The notes below the pieces were generated by a model. That model was not told the origin of the DNA. It searched no databases and saw only the letters and a program-made list of their open reading frames with translations. From Octopus vulgaris (lineage: Eukaryota): 64,000 nt of DNA. Location of the stretch: assembly GCA_951406725.2 (NCBI GenBank), contig OX597814.1, positions 149,668,001 through 149,732,000 of the forward strand, given 5' to 3'. Within the stretch, counting starts at the first letter, position 1, and every line of letters begins with the position of its first letter. A program made the translations under genes and the position numbers. This document shows positions 1-13,000 of this stretch, piece by piece.

Positions 1-237
1 TACTTTTGATGTTGTATCTTCTAACGTTTTTTTAAAACTTAATAGCATTCAGTTCATCACTATACATATCCATCATATTCTGTTAAAATGTCTTATTGAC
101 GTGTTTTATTTCTTCGTTTCCCTGAAAAGAAGATTACATTGTTTTACACCATTTTATTTCTTTATAATAATACCAATGTTGTCTTCGAAACATGTGTCGG
201 AAGTAAAAGAATTTGAATGATACTTGCGTTTAACTCC

Positions 238-316
238 ATATATATGTGTGTGTGTATGTGTGTATGTGTGTGTGTGTATGTATGTATGTATGTATGTATG
301 TATGTATGTATGTATG
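238..316. repeat. compound (TG)n/(TATG)n microsatellite
   Basis: Directly visible tandem di- and tetranucleotide repeats; source of the HTYI/VCMY ORFs. Confidence 0.95.
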
Positions 317-1111
317 TGCTTCTGGTAACATGTAACCCAGTACAACCTGTTGCATGGTCGGGTCGTCGGGACCAAACCGGCAACCCCACCAAGCTTGCTT
401 GGTGAGGAGGATGTTTATTGGATACCCTGCGGGATGTAAAGCAAAACCCGTCAAAGGGCGGATGAACTCTTGAGAGTCAACGGCCATACAATAAATGTCT
501 TAAGGCTCTATCATGCGCGGGGACATAGGAATAATCAGAATACCCGATCGCGCGGTTAAACCATTGGGAGGGAAGGACTCCTAGCCTTTGTTAGGGCATC
601 CTTCTAGGAGAAGGTAACTCAGGTAACTGGGATAACTCCGATATAAAACTGCGGCTCAGTGGTTACCGATGATGTTGACTTGTTCTTCTTTTCGGATTAT
701 GGCTGCTGTTGAGTGGGATTGACTCAGTGCACAGCCTTTCCTCACTTAAAACAAAATCTTCTTGCAAAGGCATTGCACGATAACAACATTGATTAAGCTT
801 CGTGCAATGGCCATACTCGATAACGAGGTGGCAGCCACCATATATGTATGTAATGTATGTATATATATATATTTATACATACAAATAATTATAACACTAT
901 TGTCGATGGGCTGCTTAACGACGGCAGATTAGAAGCTAAAAGATATTACATCATTAACACATACAAATTTGTTTACAATCGTGAATGTAATAAAATCTGA
1001 CAGTTACATTGACAATATACGAATGATATATTTTTTCACTCTCTCATTATATGTTTATTACAGAAATCTACTGGTACTCACTAAATTGCACAATACAAAC
1101 AAAACTATATA

Positions 1112-1997
1112 CGAGGTGGTATCAAAAGATTCTCGGACTAGTTGTGTTTAATAAAATGTAAATTATTTACCTAAGTTTTAGCACAATCTAACTCGAAGTA
1201 GTTACCTTTAGCAGCAATGCAAAGGTCCCAATGTTCCTGCCCTTTTTCGAATCAGACCTGGAAGTTGTCTTTCATTAGTGAGTCGAGGATCTTCTGCAAT
1301 TCGCTCTAGATCTCGACAACAGTGTTAAAACGGTGGCCTTCGAGCTGCATTTTCATCTTAGAGAAGAGATGGAAGTCTGCTGGTGCTAAATCTGGCGAAG
1401 ACTTCATGTGCGGAAGGGATATGATGTGGCTTTTGGCGAGAAACTAACGAGTGAAGAGAGCTCGGTGAAGAAGCCAATTCTTCGCGCTCCAAACATCCAA
1501 TCGCTTTCGCCAAATGCCCTCCTTCAAAAGCTTCAAAACGTCGCAGTACAATCTGGCCCTGGGGGACGAATTCCCGATGCACAACACCACACTTCCGCGG
1601 GTTACGCTCGTGGCATGTCTTCCAGATGGCTCATAATCGTTCAGGAGCGTATCTTCGGCTTCTGAAGCACTTGTGCTATTTACAACATCGTGTACGACCC
1701 ATTGTCTCGTCGCTGTAAGCTTTCTAAAGTATGATCAATATCTCTGAAGCAAACTTCCCAAGTTTAACGCAAAAATTCCCATTGGCTCTTTATACCTGTC
1801 CCTGACAAAATCGCAGACTACAGCCTACACCTGATTACAAAAACACAAATTTCACAACTTGCGAAGTAAACACACCGATGTCACTCGGCATAATGCCTCA
1901 TGAAGGTCACTGCTAGCTCTCACAGCGCACGCAACTGTGTGCTGCCATCTGTTGGCGCCCTACAGAAATAATTCAGAATCGCTTTGATACTACCTCG
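1112..1997 (-). mobile_element. internally deleted Tc1/mariner DNA transposon with decayed transposase
   Basis: Imperfect TIRs CGAGGTGGTATCAAAAG (from 1112) and GCTTTGATACTACCTCG (ending 1997), each flanked by TA. Minus-strand remnants FCVKLGKFASE (N-term), HREFVPQGQ, KGHRFNTVVEI and QEHWDLCIAAKGNYFE (C-term) are mariner transposase signatures. Frameshifted. Confidence 0.85.
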
Positions 1998-3689
1998 TAT
2001 GAAAAATATATTTTTATAACATATTTGTGCATTGGATCACAAAATAGCTAGTAGCTTAAAAATAGAAGTTTTAATAATGAGAAAATAAGATCCAGAAAAG
2101 CAACATAAAAATAGCTGGCTATTAGCAAATACGTCTTTCTAAGTTTCAAATCCCATGATAATGATGTCATTAAGTCAACATCAATCCTATGAATCACGCG
2201 TCTAATTGTGGAAATAATACATCACCAATACTTTTGAAGATTTAGAAATGTCAATGAATCTAGGAACTGCATTCTTTCAAATTCTAGACAAAATATAAAG
2301 CGGTAATAAGAAATACGAAAAATTACGTAAATGCTGAACACAGTTTTTCAAAGAAAACCTGTTTTTACATAAATACCACAGTATTGTTAACGCACTTTAT
2401 ATTAGTGATTTTTGACATTTTATTAAAATGTTTATGACTAAGAGAGGAAAGGGAACGCTCGTGACTAATTTCAGTGTCTCTTGAGATTTGTGGGCTGAAA
2501 GGAGGCAAAGAGGGAGCTTTCCTCGGGTCAGACACCAATAAAAGATTTTTGTCTGCTGAAGGCACCCAAATACCACATGGTGGTAGGCTGCAGCAGACGT
2601 TGTACATGCTTTCATCATGATGCTTTCTGGCAACCGCAGAGAACCAGTCACTTTAGGGGACATGTTCGACCCCTGTTCTTAAATGGTAATCATTTTATTG
2701 ACCACGGATATGTGAGAAGATGACCTAGACTTACAGGGACATGATTAAATAAAAAAATTCTGTGGCAGTCCAGAGATTTTTACTATAGTCTGCCTTACTC
2801 TACCCTCATAATTCCACCATAACTTATTATCTTCATCTCTAAAGAGAACGATAGAAGAGATTTAAAAACACGTCTGTTAAAAAGAAGAAATGCCATCAAG
2901 AACAGTATAAAGGTTGTTTAGAAAGCATCTAGATGAACCTAGCTGAAATGAGATAACAGATGAATCTTAATAGAATACCGCTACACATAGAAGCTAGGCT
3001 TCATCAATGTAGGTTGGGTCACTTGGATAAAGCTGTATGTTGTCAAACCCGAAACACTCAATGACTCCAGGATGAAACAAAGGAAAAATAGGGAACGCTA
3101 TGATGAACCAAATGCATTACTATTAATTAACACCAAAGAAATAGGGTATTTCGCCTAGGGATGCTTCATCCTTAGCAGAGCAGATAGATTTTAAATTTGT
3201 TTTAAACAACTGTACAACAGGAAGCGTGTTTTTGATTCTACAGAGTTCAACAAATTTGAAATTAAGAATTTACCTCAGATGTAATGGGTTAGGAGAGATC
3301 TGAACTTTCAATCGTTCAGCGAATAAAATACTATAAATATGGTGAATTTGTACGCTTAGTGAGAGAAAAACCTGGCCGTCTAACCAACTCTGCACAATTA
3401 TCATAATACTAATATGATCAATAGCACAATAAATGTTGATAAATAAATAAAGATTTGTGCCGGCAACTTTAGTAATTATACTACAGCTATGCATACAGTA
3501 AGTCTCGGTTGCCAAAATCACAAACAAGTTCTGTAATGAAATTTGTAGAGGGCAAAACTAATAAAATGCTACTTTATAAATAAAAGATGATTGAATATAT
3601 GAAATACATCAACAGTGAAAAATATTATTATCGTTGTTGTTATTGTTATTGTTGTCATCATTGTTGTTTATTGCTGTTTTTGTTGTTGT

Positions 3690-3901
3690 TCTCCTTCTAC
3701 TTTTCCTCCTCCACCTCCGTTTTCTTCCTCTTCTTCTTTCTCGTCTTCTTCTTCTTCTCCTCCTCCTCCTTCTTCTTCTTCTTCTCCTCCTCCTTCTCCT
3801 CCTCCTCCTCCTTCTTCTTCTCCTTCTTCTTCTTCTTCTTCTTCTTCTTCTTCTTCTTCTTCTTCTTCTTCTTCTTCTTCTTCTTCTTCTTCTTCTTCTT
3901 C
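3690..3901. repeat. (CTT)n/(CCT)n trinucleotide microsatellite
   Basis: Direct tandem repeat; explains the poly-F/S/L/E ORFs. Confidence 0.95.
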
Positions 3902-4251
3902 TATTCTACGAGCAGACATACGAAACGGGACACCCGAAAGAAATGCAATTTATCACGATTTATTTCCATACAAAAATAAAAAGCTTTTGGTTATCTTGCC
4001 AAGACAAGACTTTCAATGTTTTTGTCTCCATTTGTTTAACTTTATTGATAAAACTTAAGGTTTGTCTTTAAACGTTCTGACATTTTTTATGCATTATTTT
4101 CTTTGTTGTCAAGGCATTTTCTTCCGAAAAAGGAGCGATCAGTGACGCTCACTACAGTAGTGACATTAATGTAGACATAACTAATGCAGTCCTACACGCC
4201 GAAACATATAACTAAACACATATATACGTAAGACCTGCAGTACAACAAATA

Positions 4252-4642
4252 TGTGGAAGCACTCCGTCGGTTACGACGATGAGGGTTCCGGTTGATCCCG
4301 AATCAACGGAACAGCCTGCTCGTGAAATTAACGTGTAAGTGGCTGAGCACTCCACAGACACGTGTACCCTTAACGTAGTTCTCGGGGATATTCAGCGTGA
4401 CACAGAGAGTGACAAGGCCGGCCCTTTGAAATACAGGTACAACAGAAACAGGAAGTAAGAGTGAGAGAAAGTTGTGGTGAAAGAGTACAGCAGTGATCAC
4501 CACCATCCCTGCCGGAGCCTCGTGGAGCTTTTAGGTGTTTTCGCTCAATAAACACTCACAACGCCCGGTCTGGGAATCGAAACCGCGATCCTACGATCGC
4601 GAGTCCGCTGCCCTAACCACTGGGCCATTGCGCCTCCACAGT
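4252..4642 (-). mobile_element. full-length tRNA-derived SINE with 12-bp TSD
   Basis: Minus strand begins with A box TGGCCCAGTGG and B box GGTTTCGATTCC. Flanking direct repeat GTACAACAAATA at 4240-4251 and 4643-4654. Related copy at 34670-34992. Confidence 0.85.
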
Positions 4643-5055
4643 GTACAACAAATACAATGTGACATTAATACATTGATAGTACAAGAAAATCAAATGGAAG
4701 CAGTTTCAAATTTGTTACTATCAGGTATGCTTCATTTAAATCGAGTCCCGGAAAAGAAAACAAGCATGAGGTATTTTATGAAATACATTACATCCTTAAC
4801 TTTGTGATATCTCGAGGAAGTAGTGAGAAAGAGATTAACATAATTCAGGCTTGTGAGAGAATAAACAGGCCAGTGCATTATTATTAAACAGTTGAGAGGA
4901 TTATTCATCGAGGTTTAGAGAGATGATGTTTCCATTGACTGAGGACGAGCATATGGACGTATATTCAAGACCAATAATTTGGAGAGGTAATGGATTTAGT
5001 TACTTCATCATACTTCCGGTCTTAGAATCGTGCTGGAATATATATGCCATCAGAA

Positions 5056-5267
5056 AGCGGCGAGCTGGCTGAATCGTTAGAACGCCGGGCGAAATGCTTA
5101 GTGGTATTTCCTCTGCCTCTATGTTCTGAGTTCAAATTCCGCCGAGGTCGACTTTACCTTTCATCCTTTCGGGGTCGATAAATTAAGTACCAGTTGAGTA
5201 CTGGGGTCGATGTAATCGATTATTCCCCCCTCAAAAATTTCAGGCCTTGTGCCTATAGTAGAAAGAG
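5056..5267 (+). mobile_element. tRNA-derived SINE (GGCGGCGAGCTGGC...GAGTTCAAATTCC family) with 18-bp TSD
   Basis: B box GAGTTCAAATTCC and core CCTTTCATCCTTTCGGGGTCGATAAATTAAGTACCAG shared with many copies in the window. TSD ATATATATGCCATCAGAA at 5038-5055 and 5268-5285. Confidence 0.85.
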
Positions 5268-5479
5268 ATATATATGCCATCAGAACACAAAAATCAGAGT
5301 CGGGGATTATACTTTGGATACGAACACTTCAGTTGTCACCTTTGCGGCATCAGAGGAGAATGTATGAAATCCGAAATTACAAAAACTGATCTGTACTCGG
5401 GTGGAGTGTACATGAACACAAAACTCCTGATGACCTTCACAACGGACTAGGTATATGTGCTAGAAATTCTGTAGGTCAG

Positions 5480-7240
5480 CTCTAGATACCTAATGACATA
5501 TAGTAGAGAATAAACTATCGGAAAAGTTCTTGTGACTTATTTTGACTGTGCATTTTCTTTAACAAAGATCATCTTCTTGGCTGAGTGTGGGCATTTCTGC
5601 TGTCACTTTTCATCATATTGATATCCTAAGTTATAATCTTAGGGATCTGGTAATATCTGTAACGATAGCAACCCTCAAGTATTGCTATGACGCAGCTGCT
5701 CAGGGCGGGTATGAGGGCCTCTCTCTGTCTTAGAACACAGGTATCGTGTGAAAATTTGCGTTATGCGTCATATAAAAGGGTTGGATGTGCAGGAGAAAGA
5801 CCGTAGAATCTTTTAATTAAGAACATAATTCTGCCTTAGTTCCATTTCCAGATGTTTGTCAAGCTAAATCATTGCCTGTTTACATTTCATCCAGGTACCC
5901 TGTTTTTGCATTTCTACAGATCTGTTTGTTCGCCCTTTCTCCTTGAAATCTCACGCTTCCTCATGCATCAGCTTCCACTTCTCCATATTGCAGAGTAAGT
6001 CATTTTTGCTTTTCAGTGTCCTTCTCAACGCCACACTCATGAGAAGAACCTTGTTTTTTTTCAGTCTCTCCTGAACGATTCGGTGTTCTTGTACCCGTGA
6101 CACAATTCTTTATAGAACTGAACGAAAATCTGAGTTTGTAGCTGCACCCCAAGAACTATATAGTCAAAACTTCGTGTCAAAGCTAACTGCGGATCCAGCT
6201 GATAATTTGGCATTCAAAGTACTTCTACTATGAGTATGAGGAGCTTGTAGATAGTCGTAGAAGCTGTAAGAAGTTCCAATGCTGATAAACGCAGACGTTA
6301 AACCTTCGAAGTGTATATATGCTCAAAGCTCCCAGTCAACAATTTAGGTCAGCTCTGCTTGTTTTGATGTGTCTTAGTATTTCAGATTAGAGTTGAGGAC
6401 CTTTCCAAAACTCTTCAGTGTTTATTTTTTTCTACGTAAGACAAGGTGGTATTCTCCCTTCTTGAAATTAAATAGTTAGTATCTTTCTTTGTTTTCAAAA
6501 CTAGTAATCCAAGAACTAATTGATTTGAAATATATTCTATCCCATGGTACAAGCTTCTTTAAACTCTGGAGGATCTGTTTGGTTCCCAGCATTGTTGTTA
6601 TGACCAAGGAGTCACCCATGAAACTTCTGAGTGTTGATTACCTTAGCTGAGTTACTAAAGGCACCTCGGCATTCTTTCTCTGCCTACCTGATCACTATAT
6701 TCGTTGGCAATTCAAAGAAGGACATTGATATAGATCACGTAACAATTACCCTCACCTCCAGTTGAGGCCAGTTAGGTTCTGTTGGTCCAAATTCATGTTT
6801 TTACCTTTTGGTATACGTGTATACCAATATAGCATCAATAGTTTATGAGGTATTAAACTATAGGCGTTTGTTAAATCTAGGTACAGTACAGCCAGATCCC
6901 CTCTCTCCTTTCTTGCCTCCCTGATGACCAGGGTTGCCGATCCTGAGTGTTTTACACAAACAAGGACTCCTGACGGCCACTATCAGGATGTCAATGCAAA
7001 AGGACGAATCCCATTCTTTTACTTGTTGATGCAATCGTTACCTTGCAGAGAGCTGCAGGGTGTTCTGGAAAAAACACCGAAGAAAATCTTGTTCCCTTTA
7101 TTAAGCAAGGAATGACTCAAAATTAGATACTACTCTCAGGGTGTTTTTTTTCCTCTTTGGGTGTGTAAAGCCCTTCAGAATATCTACTTGGGTAACTTCT
7201 TTCCCTGCTAGGTATATTTTAAAATCCTCCAGAGCCAATA
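5480..7240 (-). mobile_element. decayed non-LTR retrotransposon RT fragment, HERO-like (RLE-type)
   Basis: Minus strand 6958-6842 reads CVKHSGSATLVIREARKERGDLAVLYLDLTNAYSLIPHK, and upstream SLLNKGNKIFF. This matches the RT block of HERO-clade elements (LIREA..KGDLAVLWLDLANAYGSIPHK). Stops and frameshifts present; boundaries approximate. Confidence 0.7.
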
Positions 7241-7849
7241 GATTTTGATATGAAAGACTAATAATATCTATGCACGTCACATTAACAATCTTATTGAACT
7301 ACTATTCCGATAGAAAATTCAGTATCTCTATAGCTCTTTATTTGACTTATCTCTGTCGTAACCCAAAGCGACTTGGGACATAATTTTTTTTCGTCTGTGT
7401 TTGTTCAGAAAATTAACTGAGAAATGGAGTGGAGATTTCGAGATAAGAAGATTAACATCGCTACTTATGAGGTTTGATTATTTATCGATAATTTTATGGG
7501 CATGATTTTGTTTTCTTTTTGTGAGGGGGGTATTTCTTTAAGGATGTCCAAATATTATTTTACTTCTCTGCCTTGTCAACCTCTCCATCTGCTTCTATAC
7601 TCATATATATTTAAGTTTCAATACGTACAAGGTGTCATTTAGCCCTAAACCAAACATCAGCCGTTATTGCAATTTTATGCGCTTGTCCCCGGTTGTTTAG
7701 TACAGTACAGGATTTTGCTTAAATATTTGTCAACACATAAATATACATGGTCATACACAGTCACATTCACATATGTATAAATTTGGTTGCATAATTGCAG
7801 GAAGCATACACACAGACATATATATGTGGGGGGGTACTTCACGAGATTG

Positions 7850-8003
7850 CGTCTGTCTTTATTTCCTGTGTTCTAATTCCGCCGAGATCAACTTAGCCAT
7901 TCATCCTTTCGGTATCGATAAAATAAGTACCAGTCGAACACTGGGGTCGTTGTAATCGAATTAACTGCACCCCCAAACTTGCTGGCCTAGTGCCAAAATT
8001 TCG
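7850..8003 (+). mobile_element. 5'-truncated SINE (same family as 5056-5267)
   Basis: AATTCCGCCGAG...CATTCATCCTTTCGGTATCGATAAAATAAGTACCAG core. Confidence 0.7.
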
Positions 8004-8864
8004 GACCAATATATACATACATACATATACACACACACACACATGTATATATATGCATACACAGACATATATAGATACATTACATAGTATATATATATAT
8101 ATATTATATATATATATCATATTTATAAGTCTCTGTTTATATGCACTTGGCAGCGTCAGAATTTCAAACAGAATTTTTTCTTTTGCGTTTTGTTTTTAGA
8201 ATACAAACACAAAATATCAAGAATTAAACTAAAAATTGACTTCGAAAGTTTTTCCAGTACTTAATAGCTTTTATAAATATAGATTTATTTGTTTTTTTAT
8301 GAGTCAAGACCTTAGGTAAATCTACATCAACGAATTTTAGAAAAGAAAAAAGAAAACTCAATAAAAAATTAGCTGGCTTCCCCGTTTTTCATTTTATTTC
8401 ACTTTACAAAATAACTGATTCCATTTCAGAACACAATTTAGTTACTCCAGTTTTTCTTTTCTTTTCATCTAAATTAAAGATGATATAAATATATTATTGT
8501 TTCAACAAATACAGTAGCACTTTAGAATTTTCAGAGTATTAGTTTAAATGTCTCATGGTGTGAAGTTTGGATGCTCAATAATCTTAGTTCGAAATATGAT
8601 AAATTTGACTTCACCTTTAGCCGTAGTCCAAGTTCACGTTTTTACCTTTTGGTGTACATTTTGTCTCCCTAATATAACTTCAACATTTCACTTTTATGTG
8701 TTAACTACCTTGTAGAAGATAAATAAATTTATATACTAAAGTATAATCTATTTTATCAATAAATGATAAGGCAGTGAGCTGGTAGGATCCTCTCCCACAA
8801 ATTTCAGGCCTTGTGCCTAGAGTAGAAAGGATTATTATTATTATTATTACGACTACTACTCCAA

Positions 8865-9267
8865 AGGCGGCGAGCTGTCAGAATCGTTAGCACGCCGGGC
8901 GAAATGCTTAGCGGTATTTCGTCTGCTGCTACGTTCTGAGTTCAAATTCCGCCGAGGTCGACTTTGCCTTTCATCTTTTCAGGGTCGATTAAATAAGTAC
9001 CAGTTATGCACTGTGGTCGATATAATCGACTTAATCCGTTTGTCTGTCCTTGTTTGCCCTTTCTGTGTTTAGCCCCTTATGGGTAGTAAAGAAATAGGTA
9101 TTTCGTCTGCCGCTACGTTCTGAGTTCAAATTCCGCCGAGGTCGACTTTACTCCTCATCATTTCGGGGTCGATTAAATAAGTACCAGTTACACACTGAGG
9201 TCGATGTAATCGACTTCATCCCATCCCCCAAATTTGAGGCTTTGTGCTTCTGGTAGAAAGGATTATT
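8865..9267 (+). mobile_element. dimeric SINE copy with 13-bp TSD
   Basis: Core TTCTGAGTTCAAATTCCGCCGAGGTCGAC...GTCGATTAAATAAGTACCAG occurs twice in tandem. TSD ACTACTACTCCAA at 8852-8864 and 9268-9280. Confidence 0.85.
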
Positions 9268-9284
9268 ACTACTACTCCAATGTA

Positions 9285-10030
9285 CTAAGACGATAGTTGG
9301 CATATCCGTCAGCGACTCGAAATAACAGCTTAGTGATATTAGTTCTTACTGTTAACGCTCTAAGTTCAAAACCTGCTCCAGTCAACTTCACAATTTATCC
9401 TTTCTGGTGTAGATGATATCAACACCCACCTTTCCTTAAAATGCCCTAGCCTTAGGCAAACATCAGAGACTATTATTGTTAATGATTCACATCCCGAGAG
9501 AGTCATCTTTACCTTTTATCCATTCGGGGTCTGTAAAATAAGATAACAGTCAAGTACAGGAAGAAGATGGTACGACTTACATACTCATCTCAAAAGAGAT
9601 GAGCCTCTACCTAAATCAGATATAACTATTAGTAATAGCAGCCTGTGCTAAGATGGTGAGCTTGCAGAATCGGTAGTGGGCCAGACACCTTTCCTAAGTT
9701 TTTTTTTATCATCACCAGAGTCCAAATGCCATCTAGTCTCCCTTCGATTTTCGTTCTTTCGAGGTTGATAAAATAAAGAACATCACAAGTGTTAAAGGCA
9801 ATGGAATTGACTAATACCTTAACCTTAAAAAAATGCTTTCCATGAGACTAAATCAAAAGCTATTATTATAAAATTGTCCTTAGGTTCTGAGTTCAAATTC
9901 TGCCGTGGCCGACTTTACCTTTCATTCTTTCGGGGCGTCAATAAAATACGCACCAGTCAAACACTGGGGTTGATGTAAACGACTTATCCTCTCCCCCAAA
10001 ATTTCAGGCCTTGTGCCTAAAGTAGAAAGG
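9285..10030 (+). mobile_element. cluster of older, degenerate copies of the same SINE family
   Basis: Repeated diverged cores (e.g. TTTATCCATTCGGGGTCTGTAAAATAAG; TTTCATTCTTTCGGGGCGTCAATAAAATACGCACCAG) each ending in GCCTTGTGCCTAA-like tails. Confidence 0.6.
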
Positions 10031-13000
10031 TTTATTACTAAATTGTTCGTAGTGTGCTGTGGAAATCACTGCGTCATTTTCTACAAAACTCGTTCGATTC
10101 CTAGTTGAATCATTTAATTTTTCTCACATCACTAATGTATTTTGGAAATGTACTATTGTTAAACTTTTATTTCCATTTTCTTTCCCCTAAAAATTACGCC
10201 TCCATGTATATGACAAATCATAATATTTTTAAAATAACATGATAGCAAATCTATAAAAAGTGTGATTTCTTTTAGTTATTATTTTATGTATTTATTTTTT
10301 AATTTTATTTTATTCTTCTTTGTCAAGAATCAAAAGGATTTTTTTCGAAATATCTGTACACTTTGAGAAGTATAAAATAAGATACATAAAGTACTATCGA
10401 GTAAAAATAATAACAAAACTCTCATTGCAACCTTTAATATTTGGCAACATACAAGAATGGAATTTATGAGAAATTGAGACTCTAAAACTTGTCATGTCTG
10501 GCAAGAAATTGTAATCTCATAACAGAATAATGGAGTTTTACTGTAGTAGATTTAAAACAAGAATATTTGATTCAGTAAAAATCTTGTTATTTATTTATTC
10601 ATTTTCCTTTTCACTTTTTCTGTTAATATTTAGCGTTTCATATCACTCTGCACAGCTGATAATCAAATGCACCAGTTAGTCAGAGCAACAGACATTTTTT
10701 CTTTCAACTTCAACTTGGAATCACAGGAATTAAAGATAACATTGAATGTTTGACGGTATGACGATGCTTATTAGGATATAGAATCGATCAGATTCGCAAG
10801 TTGTTAATATTTTTGAAATTATAATAAATTTTAATTACATAAAAATGCATAAATTGACGCTGTCTGGTGTATTTTTTCAATGGACAAAATAATTTGTGAG
10901 TTCAACAAGCAAGAAATCTTCTACATTAGTGATTTTTAGCTGTGTTTGCTCCACGTTACACTTATAATGATCCAAATTACTCTTATTTCGTTTAACGCCT
11001 CACCCTCCTGATATTCAACGCCCCACATATCTCTAATCTACATCCAAAGAGGTTTTAAAATTTCCTTTAAAAACACTTCTCTGCATAGTTGCTCGATCTG
11101 CTAGGAATACTTACCAAATTCCATCGAATTTCAATCTAGCGTCTTAAATGAGAAACGTTGCTTTCTATAATGTTGCTAGATCAATTTCAAAAACAAGATT
11201 GGATAACTACAGCTTAAATATTTTTTATCTCAGGATAAAATATTTTTTATTAAATCATCTTGGATCTACTAGTGGCGAAATTGGTTCAAGAAATCTATGA
11301 TATGAATACTATAATCTAGTTACACTGTATGCACGAATTAAACTGCACTTGAAGCATAAATATTGTGCTTAGAGCCGGTACCTGTAGCTACACACAATAT
11401 CGATTAACATTTCAACTGAGGGACAAATATCTGGCCTTAGACAAAGATTAGTGTTAATGAAAAAGCACTATTTAAAGATCGATAATCTATTGACTCATCC
11501 ACTTATCAGAGAATTTATGAAATAATAGTTTATTCTGTTTAGTTACAACGCTTTATTTTTTCAGGTGGACGAGCGCAAATGGAAATATATGGAAAGAAGG
11601 AAACAGCAACAACAGAGCAAATATTATGTTACAGCTTTCAAAAGGAACTGAAATAGGCTGGTGCTCTCGATCTTACATTTTGCTCTACCACACTCTTCAG
11701 AGTTCTTTATAATATAAACAGGGAATGGTAGATTTAAGGTATATTTGGAAACCAAAGTAAGAAAAGATCGTTAGTATCAAATGGCTGTAATTTCATTGAT
11801 TCCCATAGCTTCATTTTAAATATCAAGGGTTTTAGATTAACAATAATCCTTCTTCTTGGTGGATACTCACTTAACATGATAATGTTTATGCCTGATCTTC
11901 TGTAGGGATAAATAAATGAAAGTCTATTTTTCCTATATATAGGACAGTATTAAACGAAAAGTTCATTACACTTACAAGTTCCATATGTCTTACCTAAGGA
12001 TACAAGAAGGCCAATACGATCCCACGAAGATTGATTGCGTAGACATTCTACTCATTACATATTACAATCAAAGAATCCTTCTTTTTACATCCGAACATCT
12101 GAAAAGAAGAAAATAAGATATGATATTGTTGTCTTGGACAAAATATGAGAAAATAAAGAAGTCGATGTTCAGGGCTGAAAACGCCTTTGATCAGGTAAAT
12201 CACGGGACTGGATCTAGTTAAAAAAAAACAATTTAATACATCCTGAAATTGCTCATGCACCCTAAGCCAACCATTTATGAAGGAATCTTATTTCGTGTAG
12301 AATATTCCATCCATTTCACTATCATATAGTTTAATAATTCAGTAATAGCAGGCAAAACGAGGTAGGATGTGAACACACACAAGTGATAATGTACTTGAGA
12401 ACATAGGTTAGAGAAAAGTTCTTCATTAATTTTGAGTGGAATCGTGCTTAAATTTATTCTCGATTGATAATTGTGCCTTATTTTTCAAACCTGTCTAGAG
12501 TGATACTTTAATTAATAGTAACTACACAGACTTCACTATTTGTCCAATAACATATGTGAATAATATTAGCTACCATTTTATTGTCCTTAGTCATTATAAC
12601 GTAGATTTGCAATTAAGAGACACATTTAGAATCTTAAAATTCTATGTTTCAAATTCTAATTCTCTGTTGAATTGATAAGAAATTTATGGAGATTGTGGTT
12701 TTTATTAGCTACATTCTGGAATGGAAGAATCTTGTGTGAGTATAATTATAGCATATAATATAATGACTGAGAAGTGAACTACTTGAATAATTATTTTCAA
12801 TTTTAGAATAGGAAGATATGACTTTTAGTTCCAAAAAAGACCAAAAAATAACGGTCTCTACTTGTCGTTAAAAATGTGTATGAAAAGGCAGACTCTAACT
12901 AATCTTCAGTTTACAAGGGTATACGTCAAGGCTTCATTATTGCAATTATGCAGTTTATTTCCCTGCATTAATTCCAGTTTACTGTGATACATAGGAATAA

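Noticed and set aside
317-840. GC-balanced segment between microsatellites, possibly a retroelement 5' UTR or SINE
   Set aside because: Looks like an interspersed repeat, but there is no second copy in the window and no diagnostic motif to classify it.
11555-12200. Possible exon after TTTTTTCAG at ~11563
   Set aside because: All three frames close within about 30-50 codons, with no recognisable protein similarity or partner exons.
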